Positions 35,578 to 49,356 are shown, counted from the stretch's first letter. The stretch: 64,000 bases of DNA from Podarcis bocagei (GCA_964188305.1 OZ076888.1), one strand, 5' to 3'. Numbers and translations are program-made. Notes: a model not told the origin generated them from the letters alone.

Positions 35578-35689
35578 AAGGTAAAGGACCCCTGACAGTT
35601 AAGTCCAGTCACGAATGACTCTGGGGTTGTGTCGCTCATCTCGCTTTACTGGCCGAGGGAGCCGACGTTTGTCCGCAGACAGTTTTTCC
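35578..35689 (-). mobile_element. Sauria SINE 3' fragment
   Basis: aaaggtaaagg tail and gactctggggttg...gctcatctc body; 8-bp TSD GTGCACTA. Confidence 0.75.
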
Positions 35690-36140
35690 GTGCACTACAT
35701 GAACTCAAAGGCTGCAGTGACATACACTTGAGCTACAATCCTATGCACACTTACCTGGGAGTAAACCCCCTGCCGTTCAGTGAGACTTGCTTCCAAGAAA
35801 AAAAAAATGCCTACAATTGATTGGGCTATTAACTCTGCTGCAACTGACCACACCAACTGGTTTGCAAGCCACATGAGGGAGGAAAGGGCATTTATACAGC
35901 ATAACAACTCCCTGACAAGCCACCCCCAGACATTTGCTCCCAACAGAGTCTGGCCGGGATCCTCTCATGAACTCCCTTCCTGAAATTCTAGTCCCAATGG
36001 GGTTTTGCTTAAGGCCGGGGGAAGCAAGGCAGCATTAGATGGTGGTGGGACATCAAGTGCTGAGAGACAGCTGTACAGAGGTGATGCGTCTTGCAGCAAA
36101 TGGTCAAGGGAGACCCTGCTAGGCTCTTGTTCCAGAAGTC

Positions 36141-38153
36141 TGTACTAAAAGGGTACTAAAAGGGTATTGGAACTGATTCAAGAATTCGGACAGGTAGCAG
36201 GTTTTAAGTTGAATAAGATGAAAACTAAGGCTTTAGAGAAAAATTTAACTGTGAATGAGAGAGAGAAGTTTCAGGAGGAGACAGGACTAACATTGGTTAA
36301 GAAAGTGAAATATTTAGGGGTTAATATGACTGCCAAAAATGTGAATTTATTTAAGGATAATTATGAAAAATGTTGGATTGAAGTGAAAAAGGATTTAGAA
36401 GTATGGACAAATTTGAAGTTATCATTGTTAGGCCGAATTGCTGTGATAAAAATGAATGTGTTGCCAAGGATGTTGTTTTTGTTTCAAACATTGCAAATTT
36501 TGGATAAGATGGATTGTTTCAAGAAGTGGCAGAAATATATTTCCAGATTTGTTTGGCAGGGCAAGAAGCCTTGAATAAAATTTAAGATATTAACTGATGC
36601 CAAAGAAAGAGGTGGATTTGCCCTGCCAGACCTTAAACTTTATTATGAATCAGCTGCTTTTTGCTGGCTGAGAGAATGGCTGCTTCTTGAAAACACTGAA
36701 GTGTTGGATCTAGAAGGTTTCAATAACGCATTTGGCTGGCATGCATATTTGTGGTACGATAGGGTAAAAGCACATAAAGCGTTTAAAAATCATATTGTTA
36801 GAAAAGCATTGTTTAATGTTTGGATAAGATATAAGGATTTGTTAGAAAAGAAAACCCCAAGATGGTTGTCACCAATGGAAGCGAAGGCACAGAAAAAACT
36901 CAATATGGAGGCCAAATGGCCGAAATATTGGGAAATTCTGGAACAAGATGGAGACAGAATAAAATTGCAGAGCTTTGAAAAATTGAAAAACAAAGTGCGA
37001 GATTGGCTCCATTATTACCAAATAATGGAGGCATACAAATTGGACAAAAAAGTTGGTTTCCAGGTGGAAAAATCAAAATTGGAAACAGAATTGTTAGATC
37101 CAAAAATCAAGAATTTGTCAAGAATGTAAACTTGCTGTTGAAATGGAACACTCAGGATGAAATGGTGAAATCAGCTATGATTAAATGGGCACAAGATGTT
37201 GGACATAACATAATGATGGCTGACTGGGAACAGTTATGGACCACAGGTATGAAATTCACGGCATGTAATGCCCTAAGAGAAAATTTAATGAAAATGATTT
37301 ATAGGTGGTACATGACACCAGTCAAGCTTGAAAAAATTTACCATCTGCCCGACAATAAATGTCGGAAATGTAATGAGACTGAAGGTACATTCTTTCACCT
37401 TTGGTGGACATGCCCAAGGATTAAGACATTCTGGGAGATGATTTATAAGAAATGAAAAAGGTATTCAAATATACCTTCCTGAAGAAACCAGAGGCCTTTC
37501 TCCTGGGCATGGTCGGCCAATTGGTGTTAAAGAAGGATAGAACTTTTTTTATGTATGCAACAACAGCAGCAAGAATACTCATCGAGAAGTATCGGAAGAC
37601 ACAAGATTTACCCACCAGGGAAGAATGGCAGATGAAGTTGATGGACTATATGGAACTGGCAGAAATGACTGGCAGAATCCAAGACCAGGGAGAAGAGTCG
37701 GTGGAAGAAGACTGGAAAAAGTTTAAAGACTATTTACAGAAACACTGTAAAATTAATGAATGTTAGAAGAATGTTGGAATGAAGTTATATGGCTTTAGTA
37801 GAAATGTTATAATGAATTAAGTATAAATAGATTAATAGAATATTAAAGGAAAAATAAGGTTAGAATGTGTTAAGATAATTATAGGATAGAAAACAGAGGA
37901 AGATGGAAAGGAACTGCTGAAACAACTAATAGAAGTGGAATACAAAAAGGGAGGTGTGAGGAGGTCGTGGAAATAAGTGAATGAAAGATAAGATACCGAA
38001 ATTGTTTGATGTGTTTTAAACTGTTTTTGTTTGGCTATGTTAGTTTAATGTGTCAGTGTTATGTAGCGTTTTTGTATTGTATTGTTCTTTTTTTTGTAGT
38101 GTTGTGTTTAAATTGTTGGAAAAGTAATAAATATTATTTTCAAAAACAAAAAC
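36141..38153 (+). mobile_element. 5'-truncated L1-clade LINE (ORF2 C-terminal part and 3'UTR), disrupted
   Basis: ORF pieces include VKYLGV, LSLLGRIAVIKMNVLPRMLFLFQ and the zinc knuckle CRKCNETEGTFFHLWWTC. Stop at 36572 and frameshifts near 37125 and 37450; AATAAA and an A-rich tail at ~38129-38152. Antisense to LZTS2. Confidence 0.92.
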
Positions 38154-39670
38154 CAAGAACTGCCCCTGCTCTCAAGAACAGGGCTGATCAAAAAACAGCA
38201 AGGGCAGAGGAACACTTGGCAAGGGAGTCGGGAGGTGATTTACTGTTGTTAACTGTCCCGAGAATATCGCCTTTCTTCTTAATACTATTTTAATAATTTG
38301 TATACTGCTTAAATGTGTCTAGGCAGCTTTCATTTGCAGATACCTATCTAGTCCTCTTCTTGGGTACAAAGAAAAATCTGAAGACCCTTAGAGCTCAGAA
38401 GGCAAGCCGAGTGAACTCAAAGTTGACTCGAGAGTTTTGCATTTAAAGATATATAAGCCCATCTTACAACGGAGAGGCTGGCAAAGAGTTTTGAGAATTG
38501 GGGGGGGGGTGTCTTTGTCATGCCAGCTGACAAGAGTCCCACTGCCTCCTTGCCCCACAGAGCCCCACATGTCATGGTTGCTGCCCTCAGGAGAACCCTG
38601 GAAAGGGAGGTTGAGGCAAGGGATAGCAAATAATCCAGAAGAACTGTGAACCCCAAAGGGTCCCTCTTTGCATGCCAAACAGGGATTTAACAGTTCAGTG
38701 GGGTGAGTGTGTGAGAGAGGGTGGGGAGAGATTGTGCATGGAGGGTTAATTAAAAGAAACCAAGATGGTGGGAGGGGAGAAGGAGAAAGCAGCTCTCTGT
38801 TCTCTTCCACATCCATTCACTGGCACTGTGCAGAGCATGGAAAAGCTTTTTAGAAGCAAGGTGGGGATATGGTGTGTGAAGAACAGTAGACAATCTGCAA
38901 AAAGTCACAGCTCAGCTCCATTTCTCTAATCCAAACCTTGGGAACACAAACTCAAGTACGGTTCGATTCCAAATAGTTTGCCTTAATAACACCATCGTAT
39001 CTGCAGAAGTACGAGAAAGGTTTGTTCATTTTCCACCCTGCCAATGCATATCCATGGGCACCATAAGCCTCACTTTGAAATCTGACTCTAGTGTTGCCTG
39101 CCCAGGTAGTTCTTTGGCCTAATCAAGGAGGAGGAAGGAAGAAAGAAAAAATTGGTGGGGGGTTGAAGCCCACCTGCCACCAATTCTATCCATGCTCACT
39201 GGCTGTCCACCCTGGCCATAAGGCTTCCAAACTGCAACAGGGAATTGCTGAATCTGAATTCCAGATTGCTGAAAATGAATGCATTGCTTTGTGCACATAC
39301 TGCGGTGAGGGACCATTGCTTAGCGGCAGAGCACATGCACTGCATCCAGAGGTTTCCAAGTTTGGTCCTTGGCCTCTCCAGTTAAAAAAGGTGATGGGGA
39401 AAGACCTCTGCCTGAGTACCTGGAATGCTTCTCCCAACGAGAGTACACTATACTGGGCTACGTGGACAGACAGACAGACCTCACATATATTTTAGCTCCA
39501 TGCTCACACTTTCACTACTGTCAAACAGAATCGCAAGTGCAGAAAGCATTGCTGCACTCCAGTGCTGCTTGAGGGCTTCCTGCAGGCATCTGGTGGGCCA
39601 TTGTGAGAACAAGATACTGGATTAAATGGGCCTTTGGCTGGATCCAGCAGAGCTCTTCTTATGTTCTATA

Positions 39671-39761
39671 CATAGCTGTCAACTTTTCCCTTTTCTTGCG
39701 AAGAATCCTATTCGGAATAAGGGAATTTCCCTTTAAAAAAAGGGAAACGTTGACAGCTACG
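39671..39761. mobile_element. 91-bp hAT-type MITE, copy 1
   Basis: TIR CATAGCTGTCAAC; exact TSD GTTCTATA. Confidence 0.85.
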
Positions 39762-42700
39762 GTTCTATATAAGCATGCCTTCAAAGTGTGGAAAGCTAAG
39801 GCCTTCAAAAAACAAAAAACAAACCCCCGATTGTGGATGTCCCAGTAGAGGAAGCAATATGGACAGCTCAGCCCCCAGTCCAGATGGCATAAATAATAAG
39901 ATAGCAAATAATTAAGCTGCAGAGTCTATAGCTTTGGAGCTGGAATTCCCAAGTGCCCAGAGGAAATTGTTCAGGGCAGATGGGGAGCTAAGGGGCTAGA
40001 TGAATGGCCACAGAAACACCATTTGCACTTGCTGCAGAGAACACCAGAATAGCATCAATGTCCTTTCCAGTTAGCTTAGGCTTCCTATCCATAGACAAGG
40101 GATTATTCAGTTCCTACCCCAAGCCGGCACAGACTAGTTTATAAAGCTGCCAGATTTTAACTCAAAGGTAGCTGCATGGCAGGGTTAATGCAATTCAACG
40201 TTCGCTACAATTTGCAATTGGAATCTATTCAAGAGAGAAAGCAATTTCGAAGAGGAAAATAGCCTACAGAGCCTGCAACAGCACAGACAATGAGCTGCCC
40301 GTATGGGCCAGATCAGAGATGATGCAAAATTCATCTGCTGCCTACTGCAGCACAGCCAAAAAATTAGGGAATGTTCCACAAGTGTAAATGGCATTAACTT
40401 TGGTTAAAGAATACCCTTCCTACTCAACAGGTAATAAGAATAAAATGTTTTCTTATCCACCCTTCACCATAAAGTCCCAGGGCGTCTTACAGCAATGTTA
40501 AAAATACGATTTAAAAATCAGATCAAACAATTTACAATCAAAAGAATAGGTTGGGTTCTAAAAACATGCATCTCAGGTGTCAAAGGCATCTTCAGCATGT
40601 GGTAGAACCTTTATAATCTGATGTACCTCTATAGGGAAGGAATCCCACAGCTTAGAGGCTGCCACAGAAAATACTCTCTTCCAGGTCACCACCTCCCTCA
40701 CCTCTGAGATAGGAAGATAGGAACTGCTGCCTTATATAGAATCAGACCATTGGCCCATCTAGCTCAGTGCTGTATACACTGACCAAGAGCAGCTCTCCAG
40801 AGCTTCGGGCAGGAAGTCTCTCCCAACTCTTACCTGGAGATGCCAAGGACTGAAGCTGGGAGCCACTACATGGCCCTGGGGGTCTACTAAGAGAGCCCAA
40901 TCTTAACACCTAAGAGGGCCTCTAGGGAATGAAGCAATCTTTCAGGTATTTTGGGCCTCAGTCAACTAAAGCTTTAATCCAGGGATAAGGAACCTTCAGA
41001 CAGGGGGCCAAATCTGGGTCTCCAGGTCTTTCCATCTGACCCTTGAGACCCTCAGGCCACATAAATGCCTATGCCCGCTGTGTCAGTGGCCCTGCTCCAC
41101 CCCATCCTTGAGTGCTTTTGCTTGACTAGAATGTGTCCTTGAACTGTGACGATGCCTCTTACTTGCCTAGATGGAGAGGCAGGTGTAGAAACCTCTGAAT
41201 TGTGCACCTATTGTGCAGAGGAAGGAATCACACCTGTTGCTCCATCCACTTGTTGCCCCTAGCTACACCCACCGTAGGTATGCCCCCCAGAACACTGCCT
41301 ATGAGGGAATATGGCTCCCCCAGCTGATAAAAGGTCCCCCAGCCCTGCTTGAAACGCTGAGCCATGTTAGTATAATGGAACCCCATCCGGTAATCTGGCC
41401 AGTGCATTTTGGGCCAGCTGAAGTTTTTGAGTCACCTTCAAGGGCAGCTCCATGTCGCATATACTGCAATAATCCGATCTGGAAGTTACCAGGGCATAGA
41501 CTGTGCAGTGGCCAAGTCGTCTCTGTCCAAAAGCGGCCTGCTGAGCTTCCCATCAAGTGAAATAATGAAGCAGGGTATTAAATGTTTAACAAGATTCTGA
41601 AAGGGAATGGAGATGGGGCTCTGATAACCAAATTTATCAAGATCAGAGAGCCAGAGTCTTCTGCCTGATAGCGAAGTCCAGCCTCCTCACAGCGGGAGCT
41701 GAGCCATTTTTGCGCAGCCTGAAAACACTGGCTGAAATTCTCAAAACGCTAAGCTTTCCTTTTTCTGATCGCTTAGCCTTCATGGCTGAGAGAAGATAGA
41801 AAACATAAAAGTGTTTCCGTAATAGCTCACAAAAGCAGAATGAAAGAACCCACCTAACATAATGTTTTCTTAATCTCCTCACAGGATTGGAGAGAACAAA
41901 GAGTTTTGAGCATGCGAGTTTCTCAACCATCCCAAATAGTTGGAAAATGCCATGGCTCAGTGACAGAGGACATGACCTGCACCCAAAAGATCTCATATTT
42001 AACCCCCAGCATCTCCAGCTACAAGGTCCCAGGTAGAAGGACATCTTCAAGACTGCCACACAGAGTAGATCAGGGATGGGAGGGAACCTCAGGACCAGGA
42101 GACAATGCAACACCCAAGTCTCCCTACCTGAGTCTGAACCTTAGGGTCCTCCCCATGCTACATTCCCTCCCTACCCTCCCTACCCTTCTCTGCTCAGGGC
42201 CAGCCCTGCCATTAGGCATGGTGAGATCACTACCTCAGGCAGTAGAAATCCCTGAGGCAGCATCCCCACGGTCACCCCACCAGCGTCAGAAGTGGCAGGG
42301 CACACAACAGACAGAGGCAATAGCAGTGGCAGGTATGGTGGGGGTGGGAGTGGTGGCAGCAGCAGGGCAGCACTTCCCATATTGCCTCAGGTGGCAAACT
42401 GGTATGTGCCACTCTCTGGCTGGAATGTGAACTCTCTAGTAATGCCCCCTGCTTGCATTGGTATACAATGGAGGGAGGACAGAGTGGAGTTTGTGGGTGT
42501 GTGGTGATACAGAATAAATAATAAGAAACTAGGCTACCATGTAAAGGTAAAATTTACACTAATTTCTCCACCCACTTTTGCAGCTGGCCCCACCCCACAT
42601 GTAGCCCCCAGAAGACATGGCTGGCCTTGGGTTCCCCACCCTCAAAGTAGACAACAGGGAGCCAGAAGGAGCAATGGTCCGACACGAAGGCAGCATCCTC

Positions 42701-44220
42701 TATGTCCATATGCCACTGGGAATTTGGGATTATTTTAAAGGAACCCCCCCCCCCCCGGTCATTTAAATGACAGACACTACACAGAGCTAAATTAGGTATC
42801 CATATGTTTATTCACCCATTTGCCTGTAAAATCTTACTTTTTGCACCAAAATGAGTGCATGGATAACAAAAAAGGCCCCCATCCTGTCTGAACTTGCCAT
42901 ATTCAGCCACTTAAGGCTGTTTGCCTCTCACAGGCTGGCTCACTTCTGGTATCCAAGCCAGGCTGACTGAAAACAGCTTAAACCAGTCAAGCATAGCATG
43001 GCATAGCAAGGCAGGGGATGGGTTTCGTTCTGCTCCCCCTGACACTCATGTTGATATAGGAAAGCAGGAGACACCCCCTGACCCTCTCCAACACTTGAAT
43101 AAAGTGTATTCTGTTAGTGTATAATAAGCATGCACATATCTATTTTGGCCCGCAGAATTAGAGATGTGTGACACATGCTGAGAAACTGCAGTTAGCATTG
43201 AAAGGAAAGTTCATTTACAGCAAGCAGACAACAATCTGCCCTTTGTCAACCCCCTTCCGCATCACCCAAGGATACTGAATTGGCGGCTTCCACAAACTTT
43301 AACAGAGGCATCTTGCAGACAGATTCTCCGCCACCCCAGTCTTTCTGCCAAAATGAAAGATGCTGATTTTTGTGCAATGTGCTATACAGCGTCACTCTTC
43401 CCTAGACTGCACACATTTCCATGTTTGGACCTTGATCAATGTAAACTGAGAACTTCAGTTCACTGGTTGCTGGCAAAGCATTCTAAAGATGGTGTTTTCA
43501 AAGTTCGACTCCTGAACTGGCTTTATATCTATCAACTACGACTTGTGCTCAGCACATTCAGCCACCTGGACACTTTCCAAACATGTCCCATCCTGTTGGA
43601 TCAACAAGAACTAGAACAGGGACAGCCAAAGCTGTTAAGGCTGCAAGCTCCCATCATATCTGACCATTGCCAGGGCTAGTTGTGGCTGATGGGTGCAAGA
43701 GTCCAAAAACACCCAGAGGGCTCACATTGGCTGGTCCTGAACTAAGGAATATAGCACAATTTTCACAGAAGAACAGGATGGAAAGCTGCTCTGCTCTGGG
43801 TGTTGCTTCTTCCTTTTGATGATCACCACTGCTGTCCCTAACCAGAGGGGGAACAACTGCTGGGAAGTGCGCACCTGCATCAGCGTAACCAGGCACCTTC
43901 ATCTGCCCCAGCTGCAACAAAACATGTCTCTCCTGTATCTTCTCTACAGCCACAGCAGCAGCTGTAACTCCTCAACAGTTTAACTTCACCCCCGAAGGCA
44001 CTTTCTTCCATTGTCTCCCAAGACAGACAGATGCCAACCAACCCTACCAGCACAAGTTATTAGGCCAGAAGGATCATTGGAATGAATCCAAACTATGCTT
44101 AATGTATCCCATGCTTCCTGCCTGTCCATCCCTCCCCACCCTTTCAAGCACTGGAAGGAGACACATGGAAAGGAACCTCTTGAAATGAACCCAGGACAGC
44201 AGAGTGCTCATATAATAAGG

Positions 44221-44475
44221 CAGGGGTCATCAACCTTTTTCAGCCGTGGGCCGGTCCACCGTCCCTCAGACCATGTGGTGGGCTGGACCATATTCTGAAG
44301 TGGGTAAAAGAACGAATTCCTATGCCCCACAAATAACCCAGAGATGCATTTTAAATAAAAGCACACATTCTACTCATGTAAAAACACGCTGATTCCCAGA
44401 CCGTCCGCAGGCCAGATTTAGAAGGCAATTGGGCCACATCCAGCCCCCGGGCCTTAGTTTGCCTGCCTACCCCTG
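44221..44475. mobile_element. hAT (Charlie-like) MITE, copy 2, inverted relative to 15008-15255
   Basis: Reverse-complement similarity to copy 1; TSD TAATAAGG/TAATAATG. Confidence 0.85.
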
Positions 44476-44542
44476 TAATAATGTATCCATATTTTAAAGA
44501 AAACAGCGGCCAGGTTCTTACATAACTTGTTGCAGTGGCCAT

Positions 44543-44952
44543 GTTTGCACAAAACGGTAAGCCAAAGTTTCCAATCTATTGCAGCTTATTGTGAACAAGC
44601 AGTGGGTTAGTGCACATTGCCCAATCATTCCTGCTTTGCTCCCCACCCTGGAGAAGAAGGAGATTGCATCTAAACCATGGATCGTGGTGTATTATTCCCT
44701 AACAAGTCCCAATCAGCAAATCAACCACGAACCGTGGGTTAAGGTTGGCTCGTTAACATTGCTTGTTAAGGAGCAACAAACCAGGGTCTGTGAGTTCAGA
44801 CATAATGATAAGCCAAGTATTCCTGGACTGTTTGCCACTCTCATGTCAGGGAAGGAGTGAAGCTGGAATTACTGGGCAGGTTGCACCAACACACGGCTTG
44901 TTCACAATAAACCACGAAAAATCAGAAAGTTTGGCTTGCCAATACGTGCCAA
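44543..44952. mobile_element. Old palindromic MITE
   Basis: Degenerate long inverted arms (aagccaaa...ttattgtgaacaagc / gcttgttcacaataa...tttggctt). Confidence 0.5.
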
Positions 44953-47513
44953 GGCAGCCACTGTGGCCCAGCTGAAATGTATTTATAAACAAGAGTTTGA
45001 AGTTTATGTATTTTTTCCTTTGTCCTCACAATGCCAATGCTTTAAAGAGGCAGGATCTATTTTGGCTAGTCAAATGCCCTCCTCTAGGTTTCATTATCAT
45101 AAAAGGAGAGCAACTCAAAAGGCAAAGTATGAAAACAGTCTAAAATCATGCCATAGCCATTATCCCCATCTAAGTCTATTATTTTATTTGCATTACTTAT
45201 GGGCTGCCGTATGACAAGAAGTTCTCTGAGCAGCCTAAGACTTGCCAACACAACACATAAATGTACTTGAGACACAATAATCTGTATGTCATCTAACACA
45301 CGAGTTCAAGAAGCATTTATAAGCTGAATTTCAGGGATATCCAGAGAAGGGAGCCCATTTTCCACAGTCCATCCATCTAGGGAGCCATGCCCTCCCCCAC
45401 CCACCCCACACTTGCTGCTCCTCTTCATCCAGGACAAGCATCTGCCTGGAAACCGGATCTTTGTTTCCTTGCAGGCCCCTGCTGCTCCAGGCCCTGTTTG
45501 ATGTCAGGATCCTCTTGTCCTTAACATAATCAACATCTCCCAGCAACCGCCAGGCTAAGGGATTATGGGAGAAATAATCCACCAGCAGGAACAGCAGCAG
45601 AAGCCGAAGTTGGGAGACAAAAACTCCCGTTTTCATGCAAATGTTGGCCTGAACCAATGAGCCTGGGACTCCAGGGAGGTCCCGAATTTGACCCCACAGC
45701 TGGGCCACTCTCAGAGACAACAGCCTAAGAAAGTTGCAGATTGTACCACTCAGGCCTAGCACCTGGGAAACCCATTATGCAAGGCAGGAGAGCACAGTAA
45801 GCAGATCAGTTCAAGGGAGATGAGGATCTTGGGAGTTTTTCTTTCTTTCTGCAGGATGGGTGGGGGTGTCACAAATATTTGAGTGAACAAAGTATCACAA
45901 AATGGGATTTATAGTTTCGAAACTGCTAAAGAATTAAACTATTCCATCGTGAGGACTAGAAAATTTATTTGATTTTTAAAGTAAACAGCTTAATAGAATC
46001 TGTAAGGTCCAAACATTAGGCGAGTTTATACAGTATTAAAATAGCTCCTCCTAAAAAAAACCACCAACATACATTCTGCTACTATCCCCTCTACATTTAG
46101 AAGAGCAAGAGAAAACTCCCTTAAGAAAGGCTGAAAAAATTCTAAAACCCTCACACTTATAAATCCGATATTGGTCCTAATGTCTGACAATTTTTTATGC
46201 TTGTCAAACCCAGATCACTAGGACCAATCAAAAAGAGGTCTTATTTTAAAATGACTGTGTTTAAAAAATTTATTTCTTCTACTAGAAAATCCTTAGATAT
46301 GTCAATGTTGAAATAATCCAGTCTAGGGAAATCCCAACCTCTTTATTGCCAAGGGATGCAAAGCAGCACCTAGAAAGTTGCACCATTTTACCTGCATGTA
46401 TTAGACTTTATAGCACCTGGAAAGTTGTGTCGATAGTAAATAGAACAGGTGAAATAATGTTCAAATCCTGGAACAGACATGTTGCTGGACATCCTTCAGT
46501 TATCTCCTTGGTTTAATTTTTGTCTGAAAATCTGAAGTAATGGAAGGAAAGCATATAAAAAATTCCTAATTAAAAAAAATACTAAGCATTATTATTTGAG
46601 ACTTCCACTTTTGACCTGATTTTCAAAAGGTTAATTCACAATGCCTATTAAGTCTAGATTTGAGAAAGCCTGGCTGTGGCTGATGGAGTCCAAGAACTCT
46701 GGAGGGCACCAGTTTGGGAAAGGCTGTTCCACAGGTTATGACTCCCAAGCCGGAAATGCATTGAGATGCACTATAGTGGATTTCAGAGTAGATTCAATGC
46801 TTATTTGTATTTATTTGCTCTTTGCAGATTTATATGCAAGGATATGCTTTGTGAGTTCAACATGATCAGGTTTGTGAACATGGATGGCACAGTCAGCTGA
46901 AGTTCTTTTCTAGACTGTTTACATGGTCAAGTGGGATCAGACAGGACCTTCCACACACCTCCACCAGGGGTCCCTTTGCTCTGGATGTCAAAAATTCCAT
47001 CAGAACAGCCACATTTCTTTTTGGAGGATTCAGGAAATTTTGTTATGCTTGGTGTTTAAGCATTCGAAACTCCCATTGTTCTAGGCATGTTTTGCGACAA
47101 GGAATTTCAATAGCGTGAGCAGTTCCTGAACTCTAGGCCTATGATTTCAGATTAAAACTGCAGAGTGGAAGGAAAGGAGGACCTTTTTCTGCCTCCCCAC
47201 TTCCAGCTACTCTGAAGACTGGAGAAAATACCCTCTTACGAATATTTGGGGGGGAGGCAGGGGAAGCATGGCTTTGTGTTTGTTTGTTTTTTGCAGTCTT
47301 CAGATGAGGACTAGACCATGTGAAACAGTTCATTCATTTTTCAGCTTTGGATTCTTGTTATTTTAAAAGTGTACCTAGACATTCCGCTGTTGCGCCCATA
47401 ACCTAGGTTTAAGGTGCCGTTTAGCTCTAGCTTTCATATCTCAGTTTCTAACACTGCCTCTCTCCAGTCAAACATTTAGAGTCCCTGATAATTTGTTGTC
47501 CTTTCCTGTAAAG

Positions 47514-48445
47514 CAGTGTTTCCCAACCGGTGTTCCGCGGCACACTAGTGTGCCGCGGAACGTTGCCTTGTGTTCCGTGGGAGGGAGGCGGGCGAGTCGG
47601 GTGGCGAGAGGCGGGGCGGCGGCGGCGAGCACACACGGGGCGGCGAGCAAGCTCCCTCCCACATCCCATCGCCGCTCGCTTCGGCCGGCCTACTGGAGGA
47701 ATGCGCGAAAACCTCGCGCATGCGCAGGCCTTCCGCCTGCGACAGCCCAGTAGGCCGGCCGAAGCGAGCGGCGATGGGATGTGGGAGGGAGCTCGCTCGC
47801 CGCCCCGCGTGTGCTCGCCGCCCGACTCGCCCGCCTCCCTCCCACGGCACACCAGCCTACCTCCGTGGGAGGGAGGCGGGCGAGTCGGGCGGCGAGAGGC
47901 GGGGCGGCGGCGGCGAGGAGAGGCCGCCCAGCGCGGGGCTCTCGCCGTCTGCCTGCCTGGCTGCCTGCGAGCTCGGCGGGCAGCGCTTCCGTCCACAGCG
48001 CCCGCCTCGCGGCTCTCATTCCCTGCCCCTGCCAAAGCTCACCCAGCCAAGCCGCGCTCTCCTTCCTGCCTCGCTTTGCTGCCTCCCCCCCCACCCCCAA
48101 AGCTTGGAGGTTCCCCGGCAGGAAGGAGGGAACTTAATCCTCTCCAAGGGCTGCGGAAAACAGACATGCAAATGGGGGCTTGCCAGCTCTTCAAGCGCCG
48201 CTGGCTTTCTTCGGGAATTACCGCCCGCCAAGCCCGGTAACGCTGACAGGCCGAGCCGCGGGGCTTGGCAGCGCAGCCGGCAGAGTGTGGGAAAGGGCGG
48301 CCGCCACGCGCCGGGCAAGGCGAGACTCGACGGGGAGGACACCGGCAGCAGCGCCCCCCCCCCCAGAAACCCGCCCCGGGCAGGTAATTCACAGAGAGTG
48401 GACAGAAGGAAGCCTTAAAGGGCTTCAGCCTCCCAGAGTGGCGGG

Positions 48446-48494
<49 letters not shown>

Positions 48495-48950
48495 TTTAAA
48501 AAAAATTGACAGGTGGTGTTTTTCTAGGTGAGGGGGTGGGGACTGTAATAACAAAAAAATCAGCTGTATATCAACCGCTGTTTTGCAATGAGGAATTGCA
48601 AATAAGGAAGATCAAAAGGAGAATGTTTTTTTTGGGGGGACTCTCTTCCTCTTCCTCCTCCTCCTCTCGTTCTTGCTCCTCTTCCTGGCAAAAGGGCTGC
48701 TGAGACCCCTTCTCTCTTGGGTGCCGGTGGGTGCTGTGACGTTGACGCTGCTGTGGCAAGTGCCTTTACTTAGCAGAGTGCATTCCCCTTTACACAGGAG
48801 GGGAGGGAAAATAATTGAAACTTACACTTTCGTGCATCCCTCCCAGCGCGACGCTGCGCGCTGACGTCACGGGGCTGTAATGGTGGTGTGCCTCGAGATT
48901 TTTTTCATCAAACAAGTGTGCCTTTGCCAAAAAAAGGTTGGGAAACACTG
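47514..48950. mobile_element. 1.44-kb non-autonomous hAT-type element with CpG-rich cargo
   Basis: 15-bp TIR CAGTGTTTCCCAACC/GGTTGGGAAACACTG; TSD CTGTAAAG/CTGTAGAG; gtgtgcc subterminal repeats; no transposase ORF. Confidence 0.85.
48447..48494. repeat. (AAT)n microsatellite inside the hAT element
   Basis: Seen directly. Confidence 0.95.
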
Positions 48951-49002
48951 CTGTAGAGCACTGGGTGATTTGGTTATCTTGAGCCAAATACTTACTTTGG
49001 TA

Positions 49003-49356
49003 CAGTGGTGCCTCGCAAGACGAAATTAATCCGTTCCGCGAGTCTCTTCGTCTAGCGGTTTTTTCGTCTTGCGAAGCAACCCTATTAGTGGCTTAGGGGA
49101 TTAGCGCTATTAGCGGCTATTAGCGGTTTAGCGGCTATTAAAGGCTTAGCGGATTAGTGGCTAAAAGGCTATTAGCGGCTTAGCGGCTTAGAAAAAGGGG
49201 GGGAGCGGAAAAAAATCGGAACACTCGCAAGACGTTTTCGTCTTGCAAAGCAAGCCCATAGGGAAAATCGTCTTGCGAAGCAGCTCAAAAACGGAAAACC
49301 CTTTCGTCTAGCGGGTTTTCCGTCTTGCGAGGCATTCGTCTTGCGGGGCACCACTG
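49003..49356. mobile_element. Tigger/pogo-like MITE with an internal TTAGCGGC(TA) minisatellite
   Basis: TIR CAGTGGTGCC(T/C)CGCAAGACGAA; TA on both flanks. Confidence 0.85.

Noticed and set aside
47448-48554. Long ORFs (195-282 aa) on both strands
   Set aside because: Low-complexity Arg/Gly/Pro/Ala translations of GC-rich inverted repeats inside a transposon; no transposase or other domain recognised.
49083-49190. Short tandem units resembling a CRISPR array or variant telomere
   Set aside because: No spacers; an irregular minisatellite inside a Tigger-like MITE in a vertebrate genome.
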